Source: Phormidesmis sp.
GTDB lineage: Bacteria; Cyanobacteriota; Cyanobacteriia; Leptolyngbyales; Leptolyngbyaceae
Direction: 5' to 3'
Length of the DNA: 64,000 bases
Assembly: GCA_965248535.1 (NCBI GenBank)
Contig: CBDFJR010000005.1
Span: 1,632,001 to 1,696,000, forward strand
Made by a program: the position numbers and the translations under genes. This document shows, piece by piece, positions 20,639 to 32,115 of this stretch (the first letter of the stretch is position 1; the number at the start of each line of letters is the position of its first letter). The notes beneath the pieces were generated by a model, which was not told the DNA's origin, made no database searches, and saw nothing but the letters and a program-made list of their open reading frames with translations.

Positions 20639-21832
20639 CTAATGGTCTAGTAGAGCCTTCAGTTTTTGGGCAAAGGCAGGTTTTCCAAAGCGTTCTAAAA
20701 CGCTCTGCCGGAGCCAAACCCCGTTACAGCGCCGATCTTCACTCTTGAGTATTTCAACGCTAGCCGCCGCCACCGCACCGGGATCGCGATGGGGCACTCG
20801 CCAGCCTAGTTCGCCATCTTGCAGGGGGTCAGCCGAGCCATCAGCATCGCCTGAGAGCACGGGCACGCCGCAGGCCATCGCTTCTAGATAGACGATGCCA
20901 AAGCCTTCTTGCGAGGGCATGACGTAGGCATCAGCGAGGCGATAGTGATTAACCAGATCCTTGGTGGCGACAAATCCGGCAAAGATGACGCGATCGCTCA
21001 CTCCCAATTCTTCTGCCAGTCTCGCTAGTCGCGGCTGATCGTCGCCCCGTCCGATCACTAAATATTTGACTTGAGGGCAGCTTTGAGCGATCTCAGCCAG
21101 TGCTCGAATGGTTACGTCTACGCCTTTGTAGGGATCGCCTGACCACAGTCTTGCCACGGTCATCAAAACCCTTGACCCTGTTAGCTGATAGCGTTCCATC
21201 AATTCTGGAGATTTGACACCGGGCGTAAAAACGTCACCATCGACAGCACAGGGCAAAAAGTCCAAGCGATCGCGATCGAGGTAATTGGCAAGACACGCCC
21301 GATCGCCGGAATAGCGGCTAATCGTCCAGACCCGATCGGCGTGTTGTAGAGCAGTTTGTTTAGAGATTGGGAGAGCCTCCCAAACCTCTTTGCCGTAGGT
21401 CAAGACAGTGTAGGGAATTCCCAACGGGCTGCAAAGCGCCTGAATCAACGGTGCCAGATTAACGTGTCCACAAAAAACTCGCTGAGGTCGGTTTTTGATT
21501 AGGTAGGTCAACAGCGTGACGGCGAGACGAATTCGCCCGATCGCCGCATTTTGAGTTTTGAGATAGTGAAAGGCGATCGCACCCGACTTAAACGGATTGT
21601 CTACGGCCTTGCTGTCTCTGAGCAAAAAAACCTCTGCCTCACGGCCCGACTCTAAATAAGCTTGCAGAATGTCTTTGACATAAGACTGAATGCCGCCTTC
21701 GCCAGAGAAAATTTCTAGGAAGACAAAAACGGGCTTCTTAAAAGATGAAGACGGCGAGGAGAGGAATGAGTTAGATAAACGATCGCTCAGTGGATGGCGC
21801 TTTAGAGTCCAATTCTGTCGCTTGCCAGTCAT
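20639..21832 (-). CDS. glycosyltransferase family 4 protein
   Basis: GGIQ N-terminal motif, EGFGIVYLEAMACG. Confidence 0.92.
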   Translation of the reverse strand: MTGKRQNWTLKRHPLSDRLSNSFLSSPSSSFKKPVFVFLEIFSGEGGIQSYVKDILQAYLESGREAEVFLLRDSKAVDNPFKSGAIAFHYLKTQNAAIGRIRLAVTLLTYLIKNRPQRVFCGHVNLAPLIQALCSPLGIPYTVLTYGKEVWEALPISKQTALQHADRVWTISRYSGDRACLANYLDRDRLDFLPCAVDGDVFTPGVKSPELMERYQLTGSRVLMTVARLWSGDPYKGVDVTIRALAEIAQSCPQVKYLVIGRGDDQPRLARLAEELGVSDRVIFAGFVATKDLVNHYRLADAYVMPSQEGFGIVYLEAMACGVPVLSGDADGSADPLQDGELGWRVPHRDPGAVAAASVEILKSEDRRCNGVWLRQSVLERFGKPAFAQKLKALLDH

Positions 21833-21849
21833 CCCTCATTCCTCATCGT

Positions 21850-22143
21850 TTATGGCTTGACTCGCGCTTGCTTCAACATATCGATCAGCGTGTGGTGCGC
21901 GTCTTCAGCATCTTTTAGGTCATGGTCAAACGGAATCCGCAAGGATACGGGTTCGCCATTAATTTGGGCGTTGAGATCCATTCCCTGGGCATCGATCGCG
22001 GCCATCTCTGCGGCAGTTGCTTCACTCGCCTGCCCATAAGCGGTCGCGTAGAGCAAGATGGCTTCAGGATGGTCATCATTCATGTGTTTGCAGATGCGAT
22101 CGCTGACGGTTTTAGAAAATACTTCGCTGCTGGTTTCTGACAT
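21850..22143 (-). CDS. DUF2470 (heme-utilisation HugZ-like) domain protein
   Basis: RICKHMNDDH, IDAQGMDL, RIPFDH. Confidence 0.88.
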   Translation of the reverse strand: MSETSSEVFSKTVSDRICKHMNDDHPEAILLYATAYGQASEATAAEMAAIDAQGMDLNAQINGEPVSLRIPFDHDLKDAEDAHHTLIDMLKQARVKP

Positions 22144-22237
22144 GGTGCGTTTTTGTAATCCACTGTCAGAAATCATAACAAGCTCAGGAGTTCTCTACTC
22201 TAGCTTCTGCACTCTGAGGAACACGGATTTATTAATG

Positions 22238-22317
22238 CCGAGATATTCGCCCTCCTCACGAAGTGGGGCGAAGCCCTCCGAGATATTCGCCCTCCTCACG
22301 AAGTGGGGCGAAGCCCT
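22238..22317 (+). repeat. perfect 40-bp tandem duplication with internal hairpin
   Basis: CCGAGATATTCGCCCTCCTCACGAAGTGGGGCGAAGCCCT twice. Confidence 0.95.
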
Positions 22318-22411
22318 CACCTAACCCCTTCTCCCAAACCAAAATAGAAGAAGGGGAACCGGACTATTGCTCCCTTCTTCCAAGCTAGGGAGAGGGGCAG
22401 GGGGTGAGGGC
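22313..22411. repeat. REP-like GC-rich palindromic element
   Basis: GCCCTCACCTAACCCCTTCTCCC ... GGGAGAGGGGCAGGGGGTGAGGGC inverted arms. Confidence 0.75.
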
Positions 22412-22515
22412 ACGATAGCCTTTCGGGACAATGAATTAGCCCTGCCAATTTTGGGGATTAGGGGGCTTCCCGAATTCATAATCAGAGTGAATCACTTCTA
22501 TCAAACTCACATTAA

Positions 22516-22800
22516 TTAAGGCACGACTAAGGGATGCCAGAAGGGATCTTGAGTGTCTTCTAGCCGCGCCATGTCTCCTTCATAGTGCGCGTTGACCGTC
22601 TCGGCTCTTTTTTTTAAACGCGGCGGCACATGACACAAGTCAACGGGCAAGCCGTGCCACAGAAAAAACTCTACTAGCTGGTGAGGATGGATATAAATTC
22701 CTTGCCGATGCAGCCTCAGCACTATCTCAGCAAATGTGTGCCACCTGATCAGGTCTTTGAGCACAAGATGTTCAGGATTTGTAAATACATCTTTTTTCAT
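22516..22800 (-). CDS. hypothetical protein
   Basis: 94-aa ORF in otherwise intergenic space. Confidence 0.55.
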   Translation of the reverse strand: MKKDVFTNPEHLVLKDLIRWHTFAEIVLRLHRQGIYIHPHQLVEFFLWHGLPVDLCHVPPRLKKRAETVNAHYEGDMARLEDTQDPFWHPLVVP

Positions 22801-22951
22801 CGCAGTAAAAAACAAAGCGGAGGGCTGAAGGGCGATCGTCCGGCTCCACTTGGGGCAGAATCATGTCCTTTGATGGTATCGCTCCTTACACTGAGTCAGA
22901 TTTGAAGGTGTGAAAATTTACGGCTGGGTGAGCAGTTGCTCTCGTCTCTGT

Positions 22952-23548
22952 CTAGGAACTTGAAGCGCGAGGATAATCGCCCAACTTCCACATCAAAGCC
23001 GCAATCAGATTGGTGACAATGTGAGCCACGATCGGAACTAATAAATTCCCTGTCCAGATGGCGCTGTAGGCAAACAGTGCGCCAATGCAGGTTGCCCAAA
23101 TGACATAGGCCCACTGCTTAAAGTTGCTTAGGTGCAGCACTCCAAAGCAGGCGCTAGAGATCAAAACCCCTTCTAACGTCAGACCAAACTCAGGCAGCAT
23201 GACCCCGCGAAAGAGCAGTTCTTCGCTGAGTCCGGGCAGCAGCCCCAACCAAACTAAATCGGGAATGAGGAGCGGCTTAAGCACGAGGTCAAGATAATAA
23301 TTGGCGCTGACGCGGTAGGCAGCCCAAAATCGATAGACGATCGAGCTAGCGATCGTCACACTCAGCCCTAACCCGACCCCCTGCAAGACGGCGGTTGCTG
23401 TTAGCTGCACGGGCAAAAGATTCACCGAGCCAAGCTGCATCCACAGTTTGGCGACGAGCAGCAGCACGATCGCTGTCACGCCCATCGCGATCAAGATTTG
23501 GGTGCGAGTTAAAGGTTCCATTTCTGGAGTTTCGGGGATTTGTTGCAC
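22952..23548 (-). CDS. CPBP (Abi/CAAX) family intramembrane metalloprotease
   Basis: EELLFRG, FGVLH, PIVAH motifs. Confidence 0.92.
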   Translation of the reverse strand: MQQIPETPEMEPLTRTQILIAMGVTAIVLLLVAKLWMQLGSVNLLPVQLTATAVLQGVGLGLSVTIASSIVYRFWAAYRVSANYYLDLVLKPLLIPDLVWLGLLPGLSEELLFRGVMLPEFGLTLEGVLISSACFGVLHLSNFKQWAYVIWATCIGALFAYSAIWTGNLLVPIVAHIVTNLIAALMWKLGDYPRASSS

Positions 23549-23584
23549 TGGGATCTTTGGGTAAGAGGGATCAGTAGCTTTATG

Positions 23585-24682
23585 TTAGTAGACGATCAAG
23601 GGAATCATCGACTCAACCTTTAGGCAACTCAGAGGCGCGATCGTCGGATTCAGCGCTTTGGGATCGATGCCTGCCCGATCGCACACCAGCACGCCCAACG
23701 CTTCGAGATAGGAATTGACGGAGATGGCGCTGATCCCCAACGATTCTGGCGGAACTTGCATTTTCGTGGAGTTTTCTCTAACAGCAATAATCTTGGTCGT
23801 TGACTGGCTGAGACTCATCACCGCACTGCCCCCGCAAGCGGTTTCTGGAATCACGATCGCATCAATCTGATCAGCCCAGACATCGCTAGCGTGAATGCTG
23901 GAATGAATGCTTTGAGTCATGAATTGAGGAGCACGACTTAACCCCGCTAGCACACAGGGAAGAAACGTAAAGCCTAACTCTTCGGCGGCCGATCGCGGCG
24001 ACAATTGAGCATCTAAGGGCAACGGCAATAAAGCAGGCGCGTGAGCACACGGAACTTGGAACGTTTGCACCACCAAATGGCTAATCACCGCTTCGGCACC
24101 CGCTAACGGATCAACGCCTTGACCGTGGCGATAATCTTGCAGCGCTTGACTACTGCAATCATCGGGGAACCGAGCAACAACAGCGATCGCCGTTGCGCCT
24201 GCTTGGTGAATCAGTCGATCGGCGGCTCTTAACAGGCTGTCAGGATTCTCGATCGTGCCCCAAGTCGCGCCAGATTTGGCAGTTTTTAATTCAACGTTTA
24301 ACGGCTGATCGGTGATCACATACTCGGTTAGATCTAACCCAAGTGTGGCTCTTGCTGCGTCGGCCGCCTGCAAATGTCGCAATCGCAGATCGGGTTCGAT
24401 GGCGCGATCGAGAATCAGTCCAATCCGATTTTGATGCACGAGACGCAGACCCCAATTGCCCGCCGCTACTTGGTCGAGTCCGTAGCCTTCGACATAGAGC
24501 GTGTTAGGCAGATTCCAATAAAGCTGGGCCCCGTTGAGCACGTTGGGATGAGTGATCAAGCGATCGCACACTTGCGAGATCATTCGCGCTACCGGAAGCG
24601 CATCTCCGGCATAGCCCCCGATCGCCGCTCCGATTCCAGTTGGCACAATTAGAACAACAGTGTATGGGCGATTAGTTATCAA
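23585..24682 (-). CDS. DUF3326 family protein
   Basis: VPTGIGAAIGGYAGDA, THPNVLNGA, AAEELG. Confidence 0.9.
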   Translation of the reverse strand: MITNRPYTVVLIVPTGIGAAIGGYAGDALPVARMISQVCDRLITHPNVLNGAQLYWNLPNTLYVEGYGLDQVAAGNWGLRLVHQNRIGLILDRAIEPDLRLRHLQAADAARATLGLDLTEYVITDQPLNVELKTAKSGATWGTIENPDSLLRAADRLIHQAGATAIAVVARFPDDCSSQALQDYRHGQGVDPLAGAEAVISHLVVQTFQVPCAHAPALLPLPLDAQLSPRSAAEELGFTFLPCVLAGLSRAPQFMTQSIHSSIHASDVWADQIDAIVIPETACGGSAVMSLSQSTTKIIAVRENSTKMQVPPESLGISAISVNSYLEALGVLVCDRAGIDPKALNPTIAPLSCLKVESMIPLIVY

Positions 24683-24851
24683 GAGTCGTCACGATCGCTT
24701 CAATTTGAACAGTTTGTTCCTTCGCATTCACGCTAGTGATCGCCCAGCGTAGAGGTTCCCCATGGTCTCGCAATTCAGCTTCGATTGCGCTTCGCATTTC
24801 AACCGGAGACGATAGCAGGTCAATTTCTAGACTGATAAAGTGTGTATTCAT
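24672..24851 (-). CDS. small hypothetical protein
   Basis: GEPLRWAIT motif; sits between ferredoxin and DUF3326 gene, overlapping the latter. Confidence 0.8.
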   Translation of the reverse strand: MNTHFISLEIDLLSSPVEMRSAIEAELRDHGEPLRWAITSVNAKEQTVQIEAIVTTLDN

Positions 24852-24891
24852 AACAGCAAAAGAATTCAAAAATAATTAACTTGAGTGTGAA

Positions 24892-25215
24892 TTATTTATT
24901 TTGATGCTGTCCAAATTGCAAGTGATAAACCGTTTCTTCTTTTTCGGTGGCGATTTTAAGATCCGATCGTGGAAAGGTGACGCAGAGTAGAGCATATCCC
25001 TGCTCTTGTAATTCTTGACTCACGCCCATGCCATCCGTTTGATCGATGGTTCCTTCTAAGATCTGAGCGGCGCAAGTCGTGCAGACTCCGGCCGTGCAAG
25101 AACTGGGCAAATCTAACCCTAATTTGTTTGCAACTTCAAGAACTGTCCGATCGTCGGGGACTGCGATCGTATGAGTTTGTCCCCGATGCAAAATTTCAAC
25201 GGTGTAGGTTGCCAT
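24892..25215 (-). CDS. 2Fe-2S ferredoxin (Fed3/FdC1-like)
   Basis: CTAGVCTTC...C; YHLQFG tail. Confidence 0.93.
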   Translation of the reverse strand: MATYTVEILHRGQTHTIAVPDDRTVLEVANKLGLDLPSSCTAGVCTTCAAQILEGTIDQTDGMGVSQELQEQGYALLCVTFPRSDLKIATEKEETVYHLQFGQHQNK

Positions 25216-25299
25216 TTTAAGTGTGATTGCGCGTGTATTCCCACCTTTATTTTAGAAGCATTAGGGACGGGAATTGAGAGCCGGATTTGATTAAACAAA

Positions 25300-26016
25300 C
25301 TATCGGGGTCGATATCTGAGCGATCGCAGTCTTGCCGCTAACCGCTCTGCTCGTTCTTCTGCCTGCTGCGCTCGGCCTTCTGCAATTAGTCGCTGTTGCT
25401 GTTCAGACAACGCTGATTCTTCGGGAGTCGCTACTAGTTGACCGTCTGAGTGAAAGAACCGCAGCTTGGTTTCGTGGATACCTAGAAATAGTTGCAGTTG
25501 ATCACTCCACAATAAGCTTTGTTGATTGGGCTGAATCGGCTGATAGTGCCCCCGATTAAGAGAGAACCCAACAAACTCTAGCGTTTCGGGATCAAACCAG
25601 AAATATTCAGGGGTGCGAAACGTGTCTTGATAAAGAGTCTTCTTGGTTGTGCGATCGACCTCAGCAGTTGATTCTGACAAAATCTCAACAATTAGATCGG
25701 GATACTTGCCATCTTCTTCCCAAATTGTCCAGCTTTTGCGAGGGCGAGACTCAACACCTTGAACCACAAAGAAATCTGGCCCGCGAAAGTCTCGCGTTTT
25801 GATGCGCTTTTGACTGTAATAAACCGTCAAATTGCCCGCCACGAAAAAATCTTGACGATCGCGCCACAGCCAACTTAAACAACTGATCAGCAACATCATT
25901 TGTTTAAGATGCAAATCAGTTTCCATGGGCGGTTCGTCGCTGTAGAGATCACAAGGCGGCAGAGTCGGCAGTTCCTCTAATGAGTCATCAACAATCAGGT
26001 TCATTTGAGAAGTCAT
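25300..26016 (-). CDS. Uma2 family endonuclease
   Basis: SDEPPMETDLH, GPDFFVV, VEILSEST, EYFWFDP; coiled-coil tail. Confidence 0.9.
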   Translation of the reverse strand: MTSQMNLIVDDSLEELPTLPPCDLYSDEPPMETDLHLKQMMLLISCLSWLWRDRQDFFVAGNLTVYYSQKRIKTRDFRGPDFFVVQGVESRPRKSWTIWEEDGKYPDLIVEILSESTAEVDRTTKKTLYQDTFRTPEYFWFDPETLEFVGFSLNRGHYQPIQPNQQSLLWSDQLQLFLGIHETKLRFFHSDGQLVATPEESALSEQQQRLIAEGRAQQAEERAERLAARLRSLRYRPR

Positions 26017-26075
26017 AAGCCTGAGCAGAATCTGAATGTCTTTATCATAGCGATCGGGCGACTCACCCCGCTCAC

Positions 26076-26106
26076 AAAAATGCGCCTGAGAAACTCCCAG
26101 ACGCAC
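26076..26106 (-). terminator. intrinsic terminator of the atp operon
   Basis: minus strand GTGCGTCTG-loop-CAGGCGCA-TTTTT. Confidence 0.7.
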
Positions 26107-26133
26107 ACCGTTAATTGATTACAAACTGGATGA

Positions 26134-27084
26134 TTAGTTTAACGCTTCAGCACCACCTACCACTTCTAGAATCTCTTGAGTAATTGCCGCCTGACGCGCT
26201 TTGTTGTAAGTCAGTGACAATCCTTTCATGAGTTCTGAAGCGTTTTCGCTGGCGTTGTTCATGGCTGTCATCCGGGCAGCAAGTTCACTCGCCGCAGATT
26301 CTTGCAGAGCGCGCAGCAGTTGATTGTTCAAATACAACGGCAGCAGCGCATCCAAAATCTGTACTGGATCTTGTTCAAAAAGCATATCCTGCGGGAAACT
26401 AGTCTGAGTCGGTGCGGTCATTTTTTCGCGCTCGACCTGCAACTGTCCGCCACGAGTCGTCAGCCGGAAGATCTCGTCGTCTGGCACCTCTAACCCTTGA
26501 GGGTCAAGCGGCAGCAGGGTTTGAATCACCGGACGAGAGCTAATCAGCGACACAAATCGAGTGTAGACAAGCTCAACCCGATCGACCGTATCCGACAAAA
26601 ACAGAGACAACAACTGATCTGAAATCTGCGACGCTTCTGCCGCCGTTGGGATCTGCTCTAACCCGATATAAGTGCCCTCGATCGGCTGCTCACGACGCTG
26701 AAAATATTGGGCAGATTTGCGACCGACCACAATAAATTTGTAGTTCAGCCCTTCTGCTTTTAGCTCTTTGGCGCGAATCTCAGCGCGACGAATCACGTTT
26801 GAGTTGTAGGCACCACACAAGCCGCGATCGCCAGAAATCACCAGCAGTGCGACGGTTTTTACATCGCGCTTTTTGAGCAGCGGCAGGTTGGCTTCTTCAA
26901 ACCGCAGACGGGTTTGCAAGCCATAAAGCACCTGAGCCAGGCGATCGGCAAAAGGACGGGTGGCAATCACCTGTTCTTGAGCGCGACGCACTTTAGCAGC
27001 AGCCACAAGCCGCATGGCTTCTGTAATTTTTTTGGTGTTTTTGACCGACTGAATGCGGTCTCGAATGAGTTTGAGGTTTGCCAT
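26134..27084 (-). CDS. atpG: ATP synthase F1 gamma subunit (cyanobacterial atpC)
   Basis: [30 protein letters not shown]. Confidence 0.98.
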   Translation of the reverse strand: MANLKLIRDRIQSVKNTKKITEAMRLVAAAKVRRAQEQVIATRPFADRLAQVLYGLQTRLRFEEANLPLLKKRDVKTVALLVISGDRGLCGAYNSNVIRRAEIRAKELKAEGLNYKFIVVGRKSAQYFQRREQPIEGTYIGLEQIPTAAEASQISDQLLSLFLSDTVDRVELVYTRFVSLISSRPVIQTLLPLDPQGLEVPDDEIFRLTTRGGQLQVEREKMTAPTQTSFPQDMLFEQDPVQILDALLPLYLNNQLLRALQESAASELAARMTAMNNASENASELMKGLSLTYNKARQAAITQEILEVVGGAEALN

Positions 27085-27102
27085 AATCTTGACCAATGTT
27101 AG

Positions 27103-27158
27103 AGTTTGGATTTTGGATTTTGGATGCGATCGTCGATCTCAGATCCAAAATCCAAACT
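27103..27158. repeat. heptamer (STRR-like TTTTGGA) inverted repeat between alpha and gamma genes
   Basis: AGTTTGGATTTTGGAT / ATCCAAAATCCAAACT 16-bp arms. Confidence 0.85.
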
Positions 27159-27162
27159 AGTT

Positions 27163-28680
27163 TTACGCGGCGGCTAAGAAGGTCTTTTTATATTCAGCGA
27201 TCGCGTCCTTCAACATCCCTTCAGCTTCAGCGCTGAGAGCTTTAGTGGTGCGAATGCTGTCACCATATTGGGGCTTGCTGGTTGCCAAATAGTCTCGCAA
27301 TCCCTTGGCGTAGTCGGTGATTTTCTCCACGGGGATGTCATCAAGATAGCCGTTGATGCCCGCGTAAATGATCGCGACTTGATCGCTCACCGACAGCGGC
27401 GAATATTGAGACTGCTTCAGCAGTTCGCGCAGACGCTGACCGCGGGCGAGTTGGTTCTGAGTCGCTTTATCTAAGTCAGACGCAAACTGAGCAAACGCTT
27501 CTAGCTCGGCGAATTGCGCCAATTCTAGCTTCACTTTACCCGCGACTTTTTTCATCGCCTTGGTTTGGGCTGCCGATCCGACTCGCGACACCGAGATGCC
27601 TGCGTTTACGGCGGGGCGGAGACCAGAGTTGAACAGGTCAGACGACAAGAAGATTTGACCATCGGTAATCGAGATGACGTTCGTCGGAATGTAAGCCGAT
27701 ACATCACCTGCTTGAGTTTCGACGATCGGCAATGCCGTCATGCTGCCTTCACCCAACTCAGGGCTGAGTTTTGCGGCGCGCTCTAGCAAACGAGAGTGGA
27801 GATAAAACACATCCCCAGGATAGGCTTCACGACCGGGCGGACGACGCAGCAGCAAGGACATTTGACGATACGCCTGTGCCTGCTTGGACAGGTCATCATA
27901 AATCACCAGCGTGTGCTTGCCTTTGTACATAAAGTACTCAGCCAGCGATGCGCCTGTGTAAGGAGCCAAATACTGTAGCGTTGCCGCATCGTTGGCGTTT
28001 GCCGCAACAATAATCGTGTAATCCAATGCGCCACGTTCACGCAGCACGTTGGCGATGTTGGCAACGGTCGAGGCTTTTTGCCCGATCGCCACATAGACGC
28101 AAATCACGTCTTCGCCTTTTTGGTTGAGAATCGTGTCTACCGCAACGGAAGTCTTTCCCGTTTGACGATCGCCGATGATTAATTCACGCTGACCCCGACC
28201 AATTGGAATCATGGTGTCGATCGCGGTGATCCCCGTCTGCATCGGCTCATACACGGATTTCCGCTCAATGATGCCCGGTGCGGGAGATTCGATCAGACGA
28301 AACTCAGTGGTTTGGATGTCGCCTTTGCCGTCGATCGGACGAGCTAACGCATCCACAATCCGACCCACCATCGCATCTCCGACGGGAATCCGAGCAATTT
28401 TGCCGCTCGCCGTGACGCTGCTGCCTTCTTGAATGGTGCGTCCGTTACTCATCAAGACCGCGCCCACGTTGTCTTCTTCAAGGTTGAGGGCGATGCCGAC
28501 CGAGCCATCTTCAAAGTCAAGCAACTCACCAGACATAGCCTTTTCTAGACCATAGATCCGGGCAATGCCGTCGCCGACTTGAAGCACGGTGCCGACGTTG
28601 GAGACCTTTACGCCCTGGTCATAGCTCTCGATCTGCTGGCGAATAATATTACTAATTTCGTCGGGTCTGATTGCTGCCAT
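27163..28680 (-). CDS. atpA: ATP synthase F1 alpha subunit
   Basis: GDRQTGKT Walker [22 protein letters not shown]. Confidence 0.99.
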   Translation of the reverse strand: MAAIRPDEISNIIRQQIESYDQGVKVSNVGTVLQVGDGIARIYGLEKAMSGELLDFEDGSVGIALNLEEDNVGAVLMSNGRTIQEGSSVTASGKIARIPVGDAMVGRIVDALARPIDGKGDIQTTEFRLIESPAPGIIERKSVYEPMQTGITAIDTMIPIGRGQRELIIGDRQTGKTSVAVDTILNQKGEDVICVYVAIGQKASTVANIANVLRERGALDYTIIVAANANDAATLQYLAPYTGASLAEYFMYKGKHTLVIYDDLSKQAQAYRQMSLLLRRPPGREAYPGDVFYLHSRLLERAAKLSPELGEGSMTALPIVETQAGDVSAYIPTNVISITDGQIFLSSDLFNSGLRPAVNAGISVSRVGSAAQTKAMKKVAGKVKLELAQFAELEAFAQFASDLDKATQNQLARGQRLRELLKQSQYSPLSVSDQVAIIYAGINGYLDDIPVEKITDYAKGLRDYLATSKPQYGDSIRTTKALSAEAEGMLKDAIAEYKKTFLAAA

Positions 28681-28751
28681 TGGAACCTCTGTTGAAGGAT
28701 GAAGGGAAAGCGGAAATTAGGGTTTAGGGTTTAGAAAACCCTGCGCCTCTT

Positions 28752-29309
28752 TTAAGTTGCACTACTTAAACGGAGAGAAATACGCCGCAGTTGACCCCGC
28801 AAACTTGCGTCAATCACCTGAGAGCCGACTTTGATAATCACACCGCCAATCAGGTCGCGATCGATTCGCGTTTCGAGATCAACCTGACGCGCAGAAGTCA
28901 TTGACTTCACCTGTTCGCGGATGGTGTTTTTCTGGTCGTCATTGAGTTCGATCGTTGAAATCACTTCGGCTAACACCGCTTGATTCAGCTTTCTCAGAAG
29001 TGACTGATACTGTTTGCAAATGCCATCTAGAAAGAGAATCCGGCGCTTATCGACGAGCAGCATCAAGAAGCTCTTCGTAAACGGATGGATCTGCGCTCCA
29101 AAAACCTGTTCTAAAACCGCTTTTTTCAAATCGGCTTTCGTCAACGGGCTGCTGAGAAAGGCTTGCAGGTCGGGTGACTCGTCCCAGCTAGAGAGAATCG
29201 CCGCTACATCTTCGCCGAAGCGATCGGTCAAATTGTTTGATTGCCCCAGAGACATCAACGCCTGAGCGTAGGGTTCCAAGACCTGAGCGGTCAAAATGCT
29301 ATCTTTCAT
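28752..29309 (-). CDS. atpH: ATP synthase F1 delta subunit (cyanobacterial atpD)
   Basis: PYAQAL, LIGGVIIKVGSQVIDAS; operon position. Confidence 0.96.
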   Translation of the reverse strand: MKDSILTAQVLEPYAQALMSLGQSNNLTDRFGEDVAAILSSWDESPDLQAFLSSPLTKADLKKAVLEQVFGAQIHPFTKSFLMLLVDKRRILFLDGICKQYQSLLRKLNQAVLAEVISTIELNDDQKNTIREQVKSMTSARQVDLETRIDRDLIGGVIIKVGSQVIDASLRGQLRRISLRLSSAT

Positions 29310-29872
29310 CAGGAACCACCTCCGAGTAGGGCAATGCTGCGATCAACTAATCTCTGCTGCAAGTCATCGTTGAGACGACCCGGAAGTTCCCCTTCTGCAC
29401 GCTGCATGGCCATGAGGGCAATGCGCTGACGTAGCTCATTGATCACCCGCTCCTGCTCAGAGCCGAGTTCTTGAGCCGCCGTCTCCCGCATTCGAGCCAC
29501 ATCTTGGTCAGCTTTGACCAAGATGGCTTCTCTCGCTAACTTGGCACCTTCTTCAGCCGAGGCTCGAATCTTAGCGGCTTCAGCCTGAGCTTGCGCTAAT
29601 TTCTGCTGCTGAGAAGCGAGAGCAGAGGCAGCACTTTGTTTGCGTTGCTCGACTTCCTTGATTTGAGCTTCGATCGCGGCCGTGCGATCGCCCAAAATCT
29701 TGCCTAAGAACTTGCGGCCAAAATAGACGACTACGGCAATCACGATCGAGAGGTTGATCAGGTTGGTTTCTAGGATGTCAAAATTGATACCAAAACCACC
29801 TTCCCCCACTGCTTCTGCTGCTTCAGAGCCGAGTAAAGTGGCTCCGGCAGCGAGTCGCAAAAAAATTTCCAT
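29309..29872 (-). CDS. atpF: ATP synthase F0 subunit b
   Basis: [15 protein letters not shown]; operon position; start may be GTG 29884. Confidence 0.95.
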   Translation of the reverse strand: MEIFLRLAAGATLLGSEAAEAVGEGGFGINFDILETNLINLSIVIAVVVYFGRKFLGKILGDRTAAIEAQIKEVEQRKQSAASALASQQQKLAQAQAEAAKIRASAEEGAKLAREAILVKADQDVARMRETAAQELGSEQERVINELRQRIALMAMQRAEGELPGRLNDDLQQRLVDRSIALLGGGS

Positions 29873-29937
29873 GACACTATCCACAACTGCGCGGTTGACA
29901 ATCCTAAAGGGGTTAACGATCGCTCGTCAACCACCTA

Positions 29938-30360
29938 TCAAACTCCAGCTAAAAGCTTATCTAGAATCTCACGACTCAGCGACTCAACCTGCTGCTCTAG
30001 CGTTTGCATGGCAGCCTGTTTTTGCTGGTCTAGCTCTTTTTGAGTAGCTTCTCGTTGAGATTGAGCCTCTTGTTGAGCCTCAGCAGTTTTTTGAGCAGCG
30101 ATCGTTTGGGCCTCAGTTTGAGCCGCCACGATCGTCGCCTGATATTGTCTGCGAGTCTCGGCTAACTCAGACTCATATTGTTTTGCCAAATTTTCGGCTT
30201 TCGCGAGACGCTCTCGCGCATCTGCCTCATTGCTGCGGATGTAGTCACTGCGATCTTCAATCACTTTCGTCAGTGGCTTATAAAAAACCACATTCAAAAC
30301 CGCAGCTAAAAGAAGAAACTGCACTGCCATCAAGGGCAAAGTTGCATCAAAATCAAACAT
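29938..30360 (-). CDS. atpF2: ATP synthase F0 subunit b' (cyanobacterial atpG)
   Basis: [15 protein letters not shown]. Confidence 0.96.
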   Translation of the reverse strand: MFDFDATLPLMAVQFLLLAAVLNVVFYKPLTKVIEDRSDYIRSNEADARERLAKAENLAKQYESELAETRRQYQATIVAAQTEAQTIAAQKTAEAQQEAQSQREATQKELDQQKQAAMQTLEQQVESLSREILDKLLAGV

Positions 30361-30411
30361 TATCTTGAGTGAGGGTGAGAAAAGGGCAAGACAATCTTAG
30401 AAATCTTGAGC

Positions 30412-30452
30412 TTTGAGTTTTGAATTCTGTAACCCAGAACTCAAAACTCAAA
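30412..30452. repeat. heptamer (STRR-like TTTTGAG) inverted repeat downstream of the subunit c gene
   Basis: TTTGAGTTTTGAATTCTG / CAGAACTCAAAACTCAAA (17/18 complementary). Confidence 0.85.
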
Positions 30453-30463
30453 ATTCTTGACCC

Positions 30464-31526
<1,063 letters not shown>

Positions 31527-31581
31527 TTCAGTTCAGGCGGCTTTCCCCAGAATTCTAAGGAGTGAAAATTCTCTAACAAAC

Positions 31582-31983
31582 TCAATCGCTAGAATTGAGC
31601 AAGGTTCGCAAGGTGTAAACGATCAGCGTTGCTTTGTAGGTCAGAAAGCCTAAAAAAATAGGTAAGACGTGTAGTCCATTCCATTGGGTTCCGACTATGA
31701 TCAGCCCAATAAAAATGGCGATGTGCGACTTGCCTAGTTTGTCTTTCTGGCTACCCAGTTGCTCAACATTTCTTGCTAACAACTTCAAGTAAACCACACC
31801 TGTGCACGCTCCAAGTAAATAATTCAGAGCGATGTTAAGGGAGTAGAAATACCAAACCGGGAAAAAGATTAGCCCCGTCAAGATCAGGGTGATCACTAGC
31901 AACTCTTGTTGAAGTTGATAGAAATCTTGCATTGATGCGCTGGGTTCTGATGACTCAGAAACAGGCGTTGAGATTTCCTCCAT
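31582..31983 (-). CDS. atpI: ATP synthase protein I (atp1)
   Basis: first gene of operon, four TM segments, FLGFLTYK. Confidence 0.9.
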   Translation of the reverse strand: MEEISTPVSESSEPSASMQDFYQLQQELLVITLILTGLIFFPVWYFYSLNIALNYLLGACTGVVYLKLLARNVEQLGSQKDKLGKSHIAIFIGLIIVGTQWNGLHVLPIFLGFLTYKATLIVYTLRTLLNSSD

Positions 31984-32115
31984 TGCAGGTGCGATCCATG
32001 AAGTAGGGCAACTTTGTCATGATAGTCATCAAGCTCGAATGGAGTCTAATGCAGTCACAACACTTCGTTTAGCCAGTAGGCATCATACCACGCAGGGGGT
32101 AATAATACTTATTGT

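Noticed and set aside
22238..22317. CRISPR mini-array
   Set aside because: Two units abut with no spacer; no cas genes or leader in the window.
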